Under the pieces are notes generated by a model, which was not told the DNA's origin, did no database searches, and worked only from the letters and a program-made list of their open reading frames with translations. DNA of 64,000 bases, taken from IMG/VR virus record IMGVR_UViG_3300028840_004184, positions 106,411 through 170,410 of that record; one strand, given 5' to 3'. A program made the position numbers and the translations under genes. Positions within the stretch are counted from its first letter, which is position 1. Each line of letters opens with the position of its first letter. This stretch comes from a virus. Shown piece by piece: positions 18,761-28,229 of the stretch.

Positions 18761-20923
18761 TTACAAAAACTCTCCCATAATAACATCATCATCAAAATGA
18801 GTTACTACACGAGCACCTTCTTTAAGAGGCAGGGAGTTCACGTCGTCAACGACAGTAAATATGGTGTCGGCTTCTTCGATACTGACGAGTTCGCCGCGAG
18901 CCTCTACGTGTAAATTGAATAGATCGAAGAGAGTGGGTTTTACACAGATGAAGTTAGACATAGCTTTGCCCATGGCGATCATGCCTCTCTGGTTACTCTC
19001 GACGTTGTTCCCGCTCCACGAAGGTCTTTTCTTAAGAGCAAGATCGGTCCAAATCACCTTATTATTTTTAAGGTCTATAATCATAGGAATACAGATGCGA
19101 GTATTGGCGGTTAGATCGATTTTGTTTTCTACCGTCTTGGGCTCGTAAATTTCTCCGGAGCCAGGTTCTTCTCTGCTCATCCAACCCATAAAACATTCAG
19201 GGACCTTACAGAATGGCTGACCGCTATATGAAAGTACCGACCATACGATGTAACGAACACCATATCGTCTAGCGGACTCGATATCTATATCAATGAATTC
19301 GCTTGCTCCATTGGGAGCATTAGTAATATCTCCGCTATGACATGCTTTATAAGCGTTTGACCTTATGCGTGTATATGATATATGCTCCTTATAATTCCAG
19401 TCGTCGTCGTATAGAACAGCGGACGAATCAATATCAACGCGATTACTAGCGGATATGTTTTTCCAATGGATAAAGCTGCGTAAGGTTTTCATATTTTCCG
19501 GCATATCCACCTGTGATCCACGAGTAATGGTCCGGAATGCACCGCTTGCCGACCTCTGAGAAAATGGAACGAGGTAGCTAGCAAGCCTTTCGTCGATATG
19601 TACGTTACCTAGACTACCCCTTTCCTTAAATATTGTACATAGTGCTTTATCGCACACTGTTACTACTCTTTGACAAATATCATCATCAATCTCGGGCAGA
19701 TGATTATCCATACTAAAGGCTTTAGCTATTGTTCTTTTGGGGAAAAACACCCTTGTATTATGCTCAAGGCTATTCCTGCCGCGAAAATGAGCCATAACCT
19801 GTAGCAACACCGGGACGGAGACCTTGCTGGCTACGGCAGCAAATCGAGCAATTATATTGCCGGGCCTCGCGGTCATTCTCATTAAATGATCGAGTCTACG
19901 GGCGAATTCTCCCGGCCTCTGCTTAAGGAGATCGGCCGCCACGCGGGTTTCCCCTTGTGACAGGGCTGTTTCGACCTTACCATTAAAAGTCTTGATTTTC
20001 CTATGATTGTTACGGAGATTCCAGAAAGCACTATAAGCCTTTTCAAAACGCCCTTTATAATCACCAGGATGTAATTTTTCACCAAGACGAATCCATTTCA
20101 TGGTGTAACGCTTCATGTCTTCTTCAAGAAGCCCACACGCATGCTCTAATAGACCAAGTAGTAGTTTTCTTTCTGAGCGATTGAAATTACGATAATTGGT
20201 GTTGGTAGCAAGACTTATATCACCATCTGACATGGATGTTGCCAGCCTCAAAACGTCGGTAGCTGTTTTGAAATAAGGTTTTAGAAACGTTATAGCGGCA
20301 TCGTCAACCTGAATATTTTCAAGAACACACTTTGAAACCAGGGCTACGTTTTCTTTAAGAGGAATGGCATCAGGCAATAGTCGTTCAAGATCATTTTTGT
20401 AGTATTCGACGTACCACATTACGTCAGTCTTATCGGTTTCCGACAGAGAAGTTTTTGAGTTGATTAGATTTTGTCCTATCTCCACAAACTCTTTTTCTGT
20501 ACCTAGACCAATACCCTTGGGCTTGTGTGTTTCTAAAGACGGAAATCTTTCTTTGACTTCATATTCTGGAATCCATTCGCCGAAAGTCAGATAGTGAAAA
20601 ATGGCATTAATGTAAAGTTCAGCTTCAACCATTTCCATTACTTGCTGGGGGAAATTGGGATACATGGGTTTGTGACGAACGTTGGCACCCACCATCTTTT
20701 TAAGGTTTGCGGCTATGTTCACGTAAAAAGTTTTAGCCTGATCGATGGATAATGTCCTTAGGGCGTTAACTAGATCTTTTGAGAAAGTAAAACCAAGGTT
20801 TTCGATATTACGCATCATAGTTGCGATGTACTGATCGGGAAGACAGTTGCTTTTGAACATTCTACTGGTTCCAGTGGGAATAAACACCTTTAGTTTTCTT
20901 CTCAGATAAATTTCGTTTCTCAT
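18761..20923 (-). CDS. large alpha-helical protein with C-terminal TerD-like domain (possible divergent TROVE/Ro-like)
   Basis: C-terminal VDIDSSAVLYD, HSGDITNAPNGASEFIDID and SYSGQPF are TerD-type; N-terminal region looks helical (TATDVLRLA, RPGEFARRLDHL). TROVE relation is inference. Confidence 0.7.
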   Translation of the reverse strand: MRNEIYLRRKLKVFIPTGTSRMFKSNCLPDQYIATMMRNIENLGFTFSKDLVNALRTLSIDQAKTFYVNIAANLKKMVGANVRHKPMYPNFPQQVMEMVEAELYINAIFHYLTFGEWIPEYEVKERFPSLETHKPKGIGLGTEKEFVEIGQNLINSKTSLSETDKTDVMWYVEYYKNDLERLLPDAIPLKENVALVSKCVLENIQVDDAAITFLKPYFKTATDVLRLATSMSDGDISLATNTNYRNFNRSERKLLLGLLEHACGLLEEDMKRYTMKWIRLGEKLHPGDYKGRFEKAYSAFWNLRNNHRKIKTFNGKVETALSQGETRVAADLLKQRPGEFARRLDHLMRMTARPGNIIARFAAVASKVSVPVLLQVMAHFRGRNSLEHNTRVFFPKRTIAKAFSMDNHLPEIDDDICQRVVTVCDKALCTIFKERGSLGNVHIDERLASYLVPFSQRSASGAFRTITRGSQVDMPENMKTLRSFIHWKNISASNRVDIDSSAVLYDDDWNYKEHISYTRIRSNAYKACHSGDITNAPNGASEFIDIDIESARRYGVRYIVWSVLSYSGQPFCKVPECFMGWMSREEPGSGEIYEPKTVENKIDLTANTRICIPMIIDLKNNKVIWTDLALKKRPSWSGNNVESNQRGMIAMGKAMSNFICVKPTLFDLFNLHVEARGELVSIEEADTIFTVVDDVNSLPLKEGARVVTHFDDDVIMGEFL

Positions 20924-20950
20924 CTTAGTTCGTCCTTATAATAAATAAAA

Positions 20951-21033
20951 AAGGAAATTGACGCCTCTAATAAGGTAGCTCCCAAAGCTACTGGCGAATC
21001 GCCAGTGATAGAAGGAAGAAGCGTCGTGGCCTT
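20951..21033 (-). ncRNA. structured RNA motif copy C
   Basis: AAGG/CCUU, GACGCU/GGCGUC, UCUUCCUUCUA core, 39-nt insert with two hairpins. Confidence 0.75.
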
Positions 21034-21047
21034 AAAATTTTTAAAGC

Positions 21048-21118
21048 AGCAGGAAATTTTCCTATCTAATAACAATATAATGAATAGTTTTTAGAAGGAA
21101 GATAAGATGTAGTCTGCT
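21048..21118 (-). ncRNA. structured RNA motif copy D
   Basis: AGCAG/CUGCU, UCUUA/UAGGA, UCUUCCUUCUA core, 23-nt insert; begins at predicted TSS. Confidence 0.75.
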
Positions 21119-21125
21119 TGTTTTT

Positions 21126-21153
21126 ATTATATACAATTTTCCAAGAAAGTCAA
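21126..21153 (-). promoter_or_regulatory. sigma70-type promoter TTGACT-N16-TATAAT for the RNA-TerD locus
   Basis: Near-consensus hexamers 7 nt upstream of copy D. Confidence 0.8.
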
Positions 21154-21171
21154 GTAAAAAATCTAGAAATA

Positions 21172-21666
21172 TTATGAAGTAGTTACTGGTATAATACCTC
21201 CGACCATCATTTGAGCCTTACAGGTAGTACACTTAACTTTACATGTGAATTTAAGACCTTTGGTTACATCATAGTCGCTTGGGTTTACTTTGTCATTCCA
21301 CCATCCAGCAGCTTCTTCATCAGGCAGAGTTTGGCTACCGCCGTGATTACCTAGTTCTCCATCAGCGGTTCGATCATCATTGAAAATACATGTCCAGTCG
21401 CCTTCACCGTCTTTGGCGTCAGGGTCCCATGCGAAAATTTTCCAGTAATATATCCATTTTGGATTGTCACATAGTTGGACGCAATTAAAGCTGGCCGTCC
21501 ATACAAAACCCTCTCCGTATACCAGAGGATTAGGATCTAGTATCATCTCTTTTCTATTCCACGCACACATTTTAACTTGTGGGTTCGGATTATAGTCCAT
21601 AATCGTTGTTTCCTTTCTATCGACAGGATAGTTGTGCAAACAAAGTATTATGTGTTCTCTTTGCAC
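21172..21666 (-). CDS. hypothetical protein
   Basis: ORF; start probably at MDYNP after AAGGA. Confidence 0.6.
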   Translation of the reverse strand: MQREHIILCLHNYPVDRKETTIMDYNPNPQVKMCAWNRKEMILDPNPLVYGEGFVWTASFNCVQLCDNPKWIYYWKIFAWDPDAKDGEGDWTCIFNDDRTADGELGNHGGSQTLPDEEAAGWWNDKVNPSDYDVTKGLKFTCKVKCTTCKAQMMVGGIIPVTTS

Positions 21667-21891
21667 ATCTTGCCTGATTCGATCATTTTGAATATCTCAC
21701 ACGCCATATCTTCGGCGTCACCGATGGTAACATGGCTTGGTAAATAGGTCCATAGCAACTCATTAATGGTTTTTTTCAGTTCTGTGGTATCTGGTTTATC
21801 GAGTGCTCTTTTAACAACGCTTCTATGTATTTTGGGACATTTACATGGTTTTGTACCACATACACAACAAGAGTGATCTCCGTCGAATCGT

Positions 21892-23181
21892 TTATCCATA
21901 TGTACGCCCCTCTCTATATATTTTGAATGCATCAACTCTTCTCTGGAAGAGGGCACCGCCGAGATTAGGTCCTTCTTCGTACCCCTCTTCAATAAGTTGT
22001 TTGCCCGTAATGGTAGCCTCTATTTCAAAAGCTTTGTCGATGATATCTTCTGCATAATCTAGCCATATCAAAATATCTAAATACTGTGCTCCTTCGCGAT
22101 ATATAGAGTCCAAGGAGGATAGATGCATCAGGCTTTTTATGAATTTTTTATTATTCAAAATCCACCTGAGTAACTTCCCTGGACGCATTTCCTGGATGGT
22201 TTTGATACGCATATGATGTTTTGCACAGAAAACACCGAAGTTCCTAAATTCGTTAGGTATTTTGAGCCTATCACAAAAATCATTAACGGGCTTTTCGCCC
22301 ATTTTGCCATGACCATGGTGAGCGGGATGTATTTCTTTGGGAGTACATCCTTTTCCAAAGTCATGCACCAAGGCTCCAAATCTCATCAAAGGTGTATCAC
22401 TAAAAGTTAAAATATTCATAGTATGGTTAAATGCCGTACCATCATGTTTATCGAAAACATTTAGGGCAGCTACTTCTTTAAAGTGAACATCTAGAACATC
22501 GATACTCTTAAGTACTTCGAAAAAACGCCTTGGGTTAGGTGTCTTCAATACCTTTTCAAATTCAATCCAAACCCGTTCCGGAGTTAAGGTCTCAAGCTGT
22601 TTCTTCATATTATGCATTAATACAAGAGTATGCATATCAATGTCAAATCCAAGCTGAGCCGCAAATCTGGCGGTTCTGTAAACACGGAGCGGATCTTCCT
22701 CGAAAGCTTCCGTGGTATGTCTCAAAATTCTGGACTCAATGTCCTTTTCACCACCAAAAGGGTCAACTACGGCAGACACATCATCCGGGATACAACATTT
22801 TTGCATATGAATCGCTATGGCGTTCATGGTCAGATCTCGTCTGGCTAAATCATCATGAATAGTGACATCTTTGCCTGTAAAAAATGTAAATCCTTTGTAG
22901 CCTACACCGTCTTTTTTCTCCTTACGAGCCATGGCTACTTCACATTTTTTGCCACCAATTTCTACAAGAAATACAGGAAAGTCATCACCGACTACCTTTT
23001 CAAAGGGCATGTCTGTAATATCAATACCCGTAACAACATAGTCCTCATCATTAGAGTTTATACCTAAAAAAGAGTCGCGTACCGCTCCTCCAACCAACCA
23101 AAGATGACCACCTAGCGAATCTATGAAGTTGGCGAATTCTGTTGTGTGTTCAAAGGTTTTTGTTTTCTTTTTTTTCATCAA
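21892..23181 (-). CDS. cca: class II tRNA nucleotidyltransferase (CCA-adding enzyme) with HD domain
   Basis: LVGGAVRD, DEDY, DLARRDLTMNA, EDPLRVYR, LVHDFGK. Confidence 0.92.
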   Translation of the reverse strand: MMKKKKTKTFEHTTEFANFIDSLGGHLWLVGGAVRDSFLGINSNDEDYVVTGIDITDMPFEKVVGDDFPVFLVEIGGKKCEVAMARKEKKDGVGYKGFTFFTGKDVTIHDDLARRDLTMNAIAIHMQKCCIPDDVSAVVDPFGGEKDIESRILRHTTEAFEEDPLRVYRTARFAAQLGFDIDMHTLVLMHNMKKQLETLTPERVWIEFEKVLKTPNPRRFFEVLKSIDVLDVHFKEVAALNVFDKHDGTAFNHTMNILTFSDTPLMRFGALVHDFGKGCTPKEIHPAHHGHGKMGEKPVNDFCDRLKIPNEFRNFGVFCAKHHMRIKTIQEMRPGKLLRWILNNKKFIKSLMHLSSLDSIYREGAQYLDILIWLDYAEDIIDKAFEIEATITGKQLIEEGYEEGPNLGGALFQRRVDAFKIYREGRTYG

Positions 23182-23647
23182 AGTACCCCATACGAACGGT
23201 ATTTTTTATATTCTCTTCTTGATATTGGTTGCCAGGACAACAGTGTTACTGGTATATCCTTAGTCGGGTCTTCTTCTCTTTTCTCCATGATTCTCTTAAA
23301 GGCCATAAACCAGTCTATTGGATGCTGATTTATGACTTTACAGCTTAATTTAGGGCCACTACGATAACTTATAAAATAGTATTTCAATTTTCCTCAGCCT
23401 CCTTTTCTATAGCGTTTATAATGGCTTGACGAATATCTGTAGTGCCACCAGGTTTACTGGTTTCATGCAATCTCCATCCATGCCCAGTAGACGAACGTCT
23501 ACAAATTATTTTACCGGTATATTCTCTCATTTTACTTTGCAGCCAGTCTAGTAGCTCTGTGTCCGAATATTGAGATAGAGAATTTGTTTCTGGTATAGAT
23601 ATTTTTAAATTTGGTTTTGGAAGCCCATTATTCATTATGGCGTGCTC

Positions 23648-24253
23648 CTATTCTATTTCTAGTGCCTGTTTTATTGGCCATTTTAGTTGATTAATTCTGG
23701 CTTTAACCTTGTTGTAATCTAGACAAAGACTTTCACACCATTCCTTGAGGCATTTGGTGACATTATCGATAGTAATCATTTTGCTAGTACGCCTATTGCG
23801 TGCTTGTGTTTTACGTGTGGTCCATCGACAGTTTTTCTTGTTATAATTGCCATTATTGTTAATCCTGTCAAGTGTTAGCCCACTTGGACACTCCCCCATG
23901 TCTGACAGAAAATTTTCAAATTTTAACCATGTTTTACAAACCGTGATACCGCGAGAACCATAGTGTTTATAAGCTCTATTATGAGGATTGTTGCAACGCT
24001 GAATCATACTGGCCCACGAGCGATATGTTGTTGTATTTTCATAACCATGTTTTATATTGGGTTTTACTTGTTTATTCCAACATCCGCAGCTTTTAGTATT
24101 ACCACTACGAAGGTTATACCCAAGTACTATTGGTCGATTACCGCATTTGCACCGACACAATCAACGCAACTTACCACGACTACAATTAGTTACACGACCT
24201 AAGACGATCAGATAATGAAACTTTTGTCCGGTTAAGTCAACCAATTTACCCAT
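23648..24253 (-). pseudogene. HNH homing endonuclease with in-frame TGA
   Basis: MGKLVDLTGQKF...KLR*LCRCKCG; TGA at 24163-24161 where paralog 32271 has W; TLDRINNNGNY...NCRW. Confidence 0.8.
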
Positions 24254-24308
24254 AATTATCTCTTATATTATGACATATATTCAGAAAATGTCAAGTAAAT
24301 TTTATTTA

Positions 24309-24629
24309 TTATTCTACGATTTCCTTATCCCCGTTTACCCAACCCTCCTGATAATCAATATCATCAGAATCTCTCACTCGCACAGCCTTGGCCGCAACGT
24401 CTGTCCAATCCATATTGTTTTCTGCCCAATCTTCGATATCACATGAATATTGTTCAAAAAATGGCCATGTATCTTCTTCAAGCGAACGACCTATATCGTT
24501 GTCAAATTCATGCTTGTAGTAATCCGCCCTATGTTTTGCTATTACGGAGACGGGAATATCCCATTTCGATCCGTCAGACATAGTAACTCGTAGCTTAGCT
24601 TTTCTTATGTTCATTTGGATTTGGCTCAC
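24309..24629 (-). CDS. conserved phage hypothetical protein
   Basis: ORF; DWAENNMDW motif. Confidence 0.65.
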   Translation of the reverse strand: MSQIQMNIRKAKLRVTMSDGSKWDIPVSVIAKHRADYYKHEFDNDIGRSLEEDTWPFFEQYSCDIEDWAENNMDWTDVAAKAVRVRDSDDIDYQEGWVNGDKEIVE

Positions 24630-25506
24630 AATAAAACATATTTTCGTATTCTTGAAGTATTCGTTGTTCTGTTTGTTCGATTAATTTTTTTATCATATCT
24701 TTGTCTATTATTTTATTATGCTCTAAGCATGTAGTAACCCCTGGTGGTGGCCAGAAGAATTTTTCTTCGGACCAATTAATGGCTTTAAAATCTTCTTTAT
24801 CTATTTTTTCTGATTCTTTTACGGGTGTAAGGAGATCTTTTATCTCTGGTGTTAAAAAGCCTTTGTTGTCAAGTATTTGTTTGCACTCCTCGGCAAAAAT
24901 AACGTGAAGCTGAGATATAAAAGAGTTAATCGATATCATGCCCTTTTGCAAAGCTTCTTTAAGAGACTCTTTTTTTCTTTCATCCCACGTTTTGTGACAT
25001 GGCCACTCATGTGTCTGTTTCCAGTTTCTGCGGTCATGTAGCCGACCCCATTCCGCGATAGCTTCTTTTTCAGTTGGCATAGCTCCTGCATGTATACCAC
25101 AATTATAACACCCTACACGGACTCTGTGTTTTAAATGCATTAAATATACACTGTCTCTGCCACTACACCCCCAACACCGCTTATAGGGTTCAGGAAGTTC
25201 ATATTGATGAATAGATGTTTTTGATCCAACACCCCATTTCCGATCAAGTGTAGCCTCAAGGCTGGGATTTTTTAAATGAGTGTCACCTTTCAATATTGTT
25301 TCTTTAGTTTCAGCATCTACAACTTCAAAAGACCACTTACTTATCGCATCAAAGGTTTCTTTCATTGCTTGTTGATAACCAGGCTCCTCACAAAAACCGG
25401 GGGTTTCCAAGGGGGTGTCCACCTTGTTGCAATTGTTAGGACACACTCCCCCCGAAGTCAAAAGATCAATAAGTTCTGCCCCACATATATCACACTTAGT
25501 ATGCAT
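24595..25506 (-). CDS. CxxCG-LLTS Zn-ribbon protein with internal Lar-like domain
   Basis: CDICGAELIDLLTSGGVCPNNC; CWGC...CYNCG...TEKEAIAEW. Confidence 0.65.
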   Translation of the reverse strand: MHTKCDICGAELIDLLTSGGVCPNNCNKVDTPLETPGFCEEPGYQQAMKETFDAISKWSFEVVDAETKETILKGDTHLKNPSLEATLDRKWGVGSKTSIHQYELPEPYKRCWGCSGRDSVYLMHLKHRVRVGCYNCGIHAGAMPTEKEAIAEWGRLHDRRNWKQTHEWPCHKTWDERKKESLKEALQKGMISINSFISQLHVIFAEECKQILDNKGFLTPEIKDLLTPVKESEKIDKEDFKAINWSEEKFFWPPPGVTTCLEHNKIIDKDMIKKLIEQTEQRILQEYENMFYCEPNPNEHKKS

Positions 25507-26224
25507 CTTTATCTCCGAACACGAACTCTATTCTATATTGATCAAAATAGTCACTCTCCTTTTCTCTTTTTCCATAAAGGATCATTTTTTCAAAGCCACT
25601 ATGTTCATCATGTGTAAGCCCCAGCATTATGGCCAAAATATCTGAGTCGGTTATTTTAACATCGCAAGTATCAAATGTACAAGTCACAAGTGTACCATTA
25701 GACATTCTATCACCAACCTCGATGGTTACGTCAAGTCGTTCGTTGGTTTTATGCATTATGGACTCAGCCTCACCTAACATAAATTGTTCCTCAAGATCAT
25801 GTGTGCCATGCATATTGATAGAATCTATCGGACCAAGTTCTTCCCAGCCTTGTTCTTGTTGTAATAATTTATTCCAATGTCGTTTGGCTTTCCTAATACT
25901 AGAAAACCCCTTGGTGGCTAATTTAGTTTTACAATCACATGACACACATGTTATAGTGGAAAATGAATATACTTCCTTGTTGTCGATTTTTGTGACATGT
26001 AAATCCGGAAAAGACCCACATTCACAACGCCATAATCCTATATTCATAACATCTAGTGGGCTGCCATCATTGCGTTCTAGCTCAAAACTTGACTCACACG
26101 AAACATTGTTTTGGTCTTCGTGTACAAAATCAGCACCGCTTTGATCCTGCTGATGACAATCCGCAGGACATACCCATGATGTAATAAGTTGAATCATTTC
26201 TTCACCACACTTGGGGCATTTCAT
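25496..26224 (-). CDS. CxxCG-LITS Zn-ribbon protein with internal Lar-like domain
   Basis: MKCPKCGEEMIQLITSWVCPADC; CECG...CVSC...KAKRHWN. Confidence 0.65.
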   Translation of the reverse strand: MKCPKCGEEMIQLITSWVCPADCHQQDQSGADFVHEDQNNVSCESSFELERNDGSPLDVMNIGLWRCECGSFPDLHVTKIDNKEVYSFSTITCVSCDCKTKLATKGFSSIRKAKRHWNKLLQQEQGWEELGPIDSINMHGTHDLEEQFMLGEAESIMHKTNERLDVTIEVGDRMSNGTLVTCTFDTCDVKITDSDILAIMLGLTHDEHSGFEKMILYGKREKESDYFDQYRIEFVFGDKDAY

Positions 26225-27003
26225 TTACTTTGTTCCTTTATTTTATCGGCCAAAAGTTTTATTGTTGGTAAATTATAAAACCCATCATCAAAAGAGCTTA
26301 ATGCTCTTTTTATTTGTTCAATGGTATATTTCTTTTTCTTTGCCTTAGGCGGCTTTCCACCACATTTATATTTCCACGCCACAGTATCAAAAATAGGCGG
26401 ATATAGTATCGCAAATTCCTTAAGTAAAGGCAGCATCAAATTACGGATATCTGGATGGGCACCCTTAGAACACCGAAGATTAAACACATGGTTCCATTCA
26501 CGGAAATTGGCTGACATAACAATTTCTGTTTTAAGATCATTGGGTAGTATACCCCTAGCTTGCTGTGGCGATAAACCTATCAAAACGAGTTGTAAATACC
26601 TTTCTTCATCTTGTTCTATGGCATCCATCCACAGTTTACGACATTCTTCTGAATACTCACTCCATGTACTTGGTCGTACAAATGTTAATTGATTATCAAA
26701 TTTATCATTTGAATAATTACAGTATCTAGTACTTTCTTGGGAATAGGCAGCAATGCGATGCCGAACAAGTTCGTGGGTTACGCCACGGTTAGTGATAAAT
26801 CGGACAGATGCATCCGAGTGCTCTATGACAGATAAATGACCACGGCCCATAATGCGACTCAAAAATTCGTCCGACTGTTCGGGCGAAACGTCCATCATAT
26901 TTTCTGTTTTATAGCATGTCCTGGCCGCTCTTTCGATCCGCTTTAGTGCGATCTCCGGTTCCGGCTTCCATTCCCATCCGTAATATTGCTTTACTATTTT
27001 CAT
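26221..27003 (-). CDS. thyX: flavin-dependent thymidylate synthase
   Basis: GHLSVIEH, RGVTHELVRHRIAAYSQESTRY, QARGILP. Confidence 0.95.
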   Translation of the reverse strand: MKIVKQYYGWEWKPEPEIALKRIERAARTCYKTENMMDVSPEQSDEFLSRIMGRGHLSVIEHSDASVRFITNRGVTHELVRHRIAAYSQESTRYCNYSNDKFDNQLTFVRPSTWSEYSEECRKLWMDAIEQDEERYLQLVLIGLSPQQARGILPNDLKTEIVMSANFREWNHVFNLRCSKGAHPDIRNLMLPLLKEFAILYPPIFDTVAWKYKCGGKPPKAKKKKYTIEQIKRALSSFDDGFYNLPTIKLLADKIKEQSK

Positions 27004-27261
27004 TCTGGGTCTTCCTGATCGGAAGGAGGAGGAACACTACCGACTTCCTGAGAAAGATGTACGTGAATAGGATCATCGATACTAATATCTACCTTTTCAT
27101 TGTGACCTAGGTCTCTGTCGGCAGGAGTTTTGAAGAAAATTTGTAGACCAGTAACCCTAGTCTTGCCCGTAATTACTCTTTTAAGACGCAAATATTCTAC
27201 TATATCATTCTCGTCCAGTGTTATAACGTCTTTTTTGATTTGTACATATTCAGTTTTTACT

Positions 27262-27567
27262 TTAACTTTTTTCTTGTCTGTCATTTTCCTTTTCCTTTCC
27301 TAAAAGTTCTGTCGGTATACAAAATGCCTCTATTATTTCTTTTTCTATGCGTGTACGAATATTTATTAAATCGTCCCATTCAGGGACGACAGCAAATTCT
27401 ATAAACTCTATGGATTGAAGATTTTTGAACGTACAAGATATTGAGGAAATCATTTTATCACATTCCTTTGGGCATACCCACGAAGTCAATAATGGAACCA
27501 TTTTAGACCCGCATATCTCACATTTGTTCATCGTAACTATCATCTCCGACATGTGGTAGGTTACCAT
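27262..27567 (-). CDS. protein with N-terminal CxxCG-LLTS Zn-ribbon
   Basis: MNKCEICGSKMVPLLTSWVCPKEC; start probably at MNK. Confidence 0.7.
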   Translation of the reverse strand: MVTYHMSEMIVTMNKCEICGSKMVPLLTSWVCPKECDKMISSISCTFKNLQSIEFIEFAVVPEWDDLINIRTRIEKEIIEAFCIPTELLGKEKENDRQEKS

Positions 27568-27949
27568 AGAACATTTCAGTTATGTTTGCTGCGGTAGCCA
27601 ATATAAAGCGTCTTATTGGTATTAATTCTGGATGAGCAACCAAAAAAGACAATAATTGACCCATTTGTCCTGTGGTTAATTTTAATTCTTGATTATTCTC
27701 AACAATTTTTGGGTCTTTATCCTTACAGTCCTCTGCCCACACATTCATAGCGTTCCATATTAAACTAGCCGCAACATACATGCTTGTTTTCACAGACATT
27801 GCTTCGGCAAAGGCATGTTTTTTAAGATGTTCGTTATATGCCTTTAATTGATTTTTTTCTTTTTCACTTAACGGCTGTAAAAGATATGGAAATTCATTGT
27901 ATACATCAGCGTCATCATTTATTTCCATCAGCCTTCTCCTTTGATTCAA
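27518..27949 (-). CDS. hypothetical protein
   Basis: ORF in operon. Confidence 0.55.
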   Translation of the reverse strand: MNQRRRLMEINDDADVYNEFPYLLQPLSEKEKNQLKAYNEHLKKHAFAEAMSVKTSMYVAASLIWNAMNVWAEDCKDKDPKIVENNQELKLTTGQMGQLLSFLVAHPELIPIRRFILATAANITEMFYGNLPHVGDDSYDEQM

Positions 27950-28229
27950 AGCCAGTACACTCCTCTAACCATACCGGATCGAAATTCCATGGATGATTAA
28001 ACCACCCTCGTTCAATGCCATGCGGATTACCTTTAACATATATATCTGCGTCGGTGCTATCAGCCTGTATGGGCGATATACGACCGACACCAGCAAATAT
28101 ACCAAGAATTTGACCTAGTGGATCATCCATCGCGGATGCAAAATCCGGATGTTTACAGCATGAATGAGCATTACCAGCCAGCCCACCACGAAATTTACAT
28201 TCGTAGCAATTCGGTTTGTTTTTGTTCAT
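27915..28229 (-). CDS. conserved Cys-containing phage protein
   Basis: CYEC...HSCC...GWFNHPWNFDPVWLEEC. Confidence 0.65.
   Translation of the reverse strand: MNKNKPNCYECKFRGGLAGNAHSCCKHPDFASAMDDPLGQILGIFAGVGRISPIQADSTDADIYVKGNPHGIERGWFNHPWNFDPVWLEECTGFESKEKADGNK

Noticed and set aside
18468-21118. Reading the TAGAAGGAAGA repeats as a CRISPR mini-array
   Set aside because: The inserts vary from 10 to 53 nt and sit inside a hairpin, the flanks covary instead of being identical, and no cas gene is in the window.
24161-24163. Genome-wide stop-codon reassignment (TGA=Trp or TAG=Gln)
   Set aside because: Conserved genes end at the expected place with TGA (rtcB) or TAG (mazG, terL), and coding density is high under the standard code.
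14485-27567. Diversity-generating retroelement as the source of the Zn-ribbon family
   Set aside because: No reverse transcriptase is in the window and no template/variable repeat pair with adenine-specific differences was seen.
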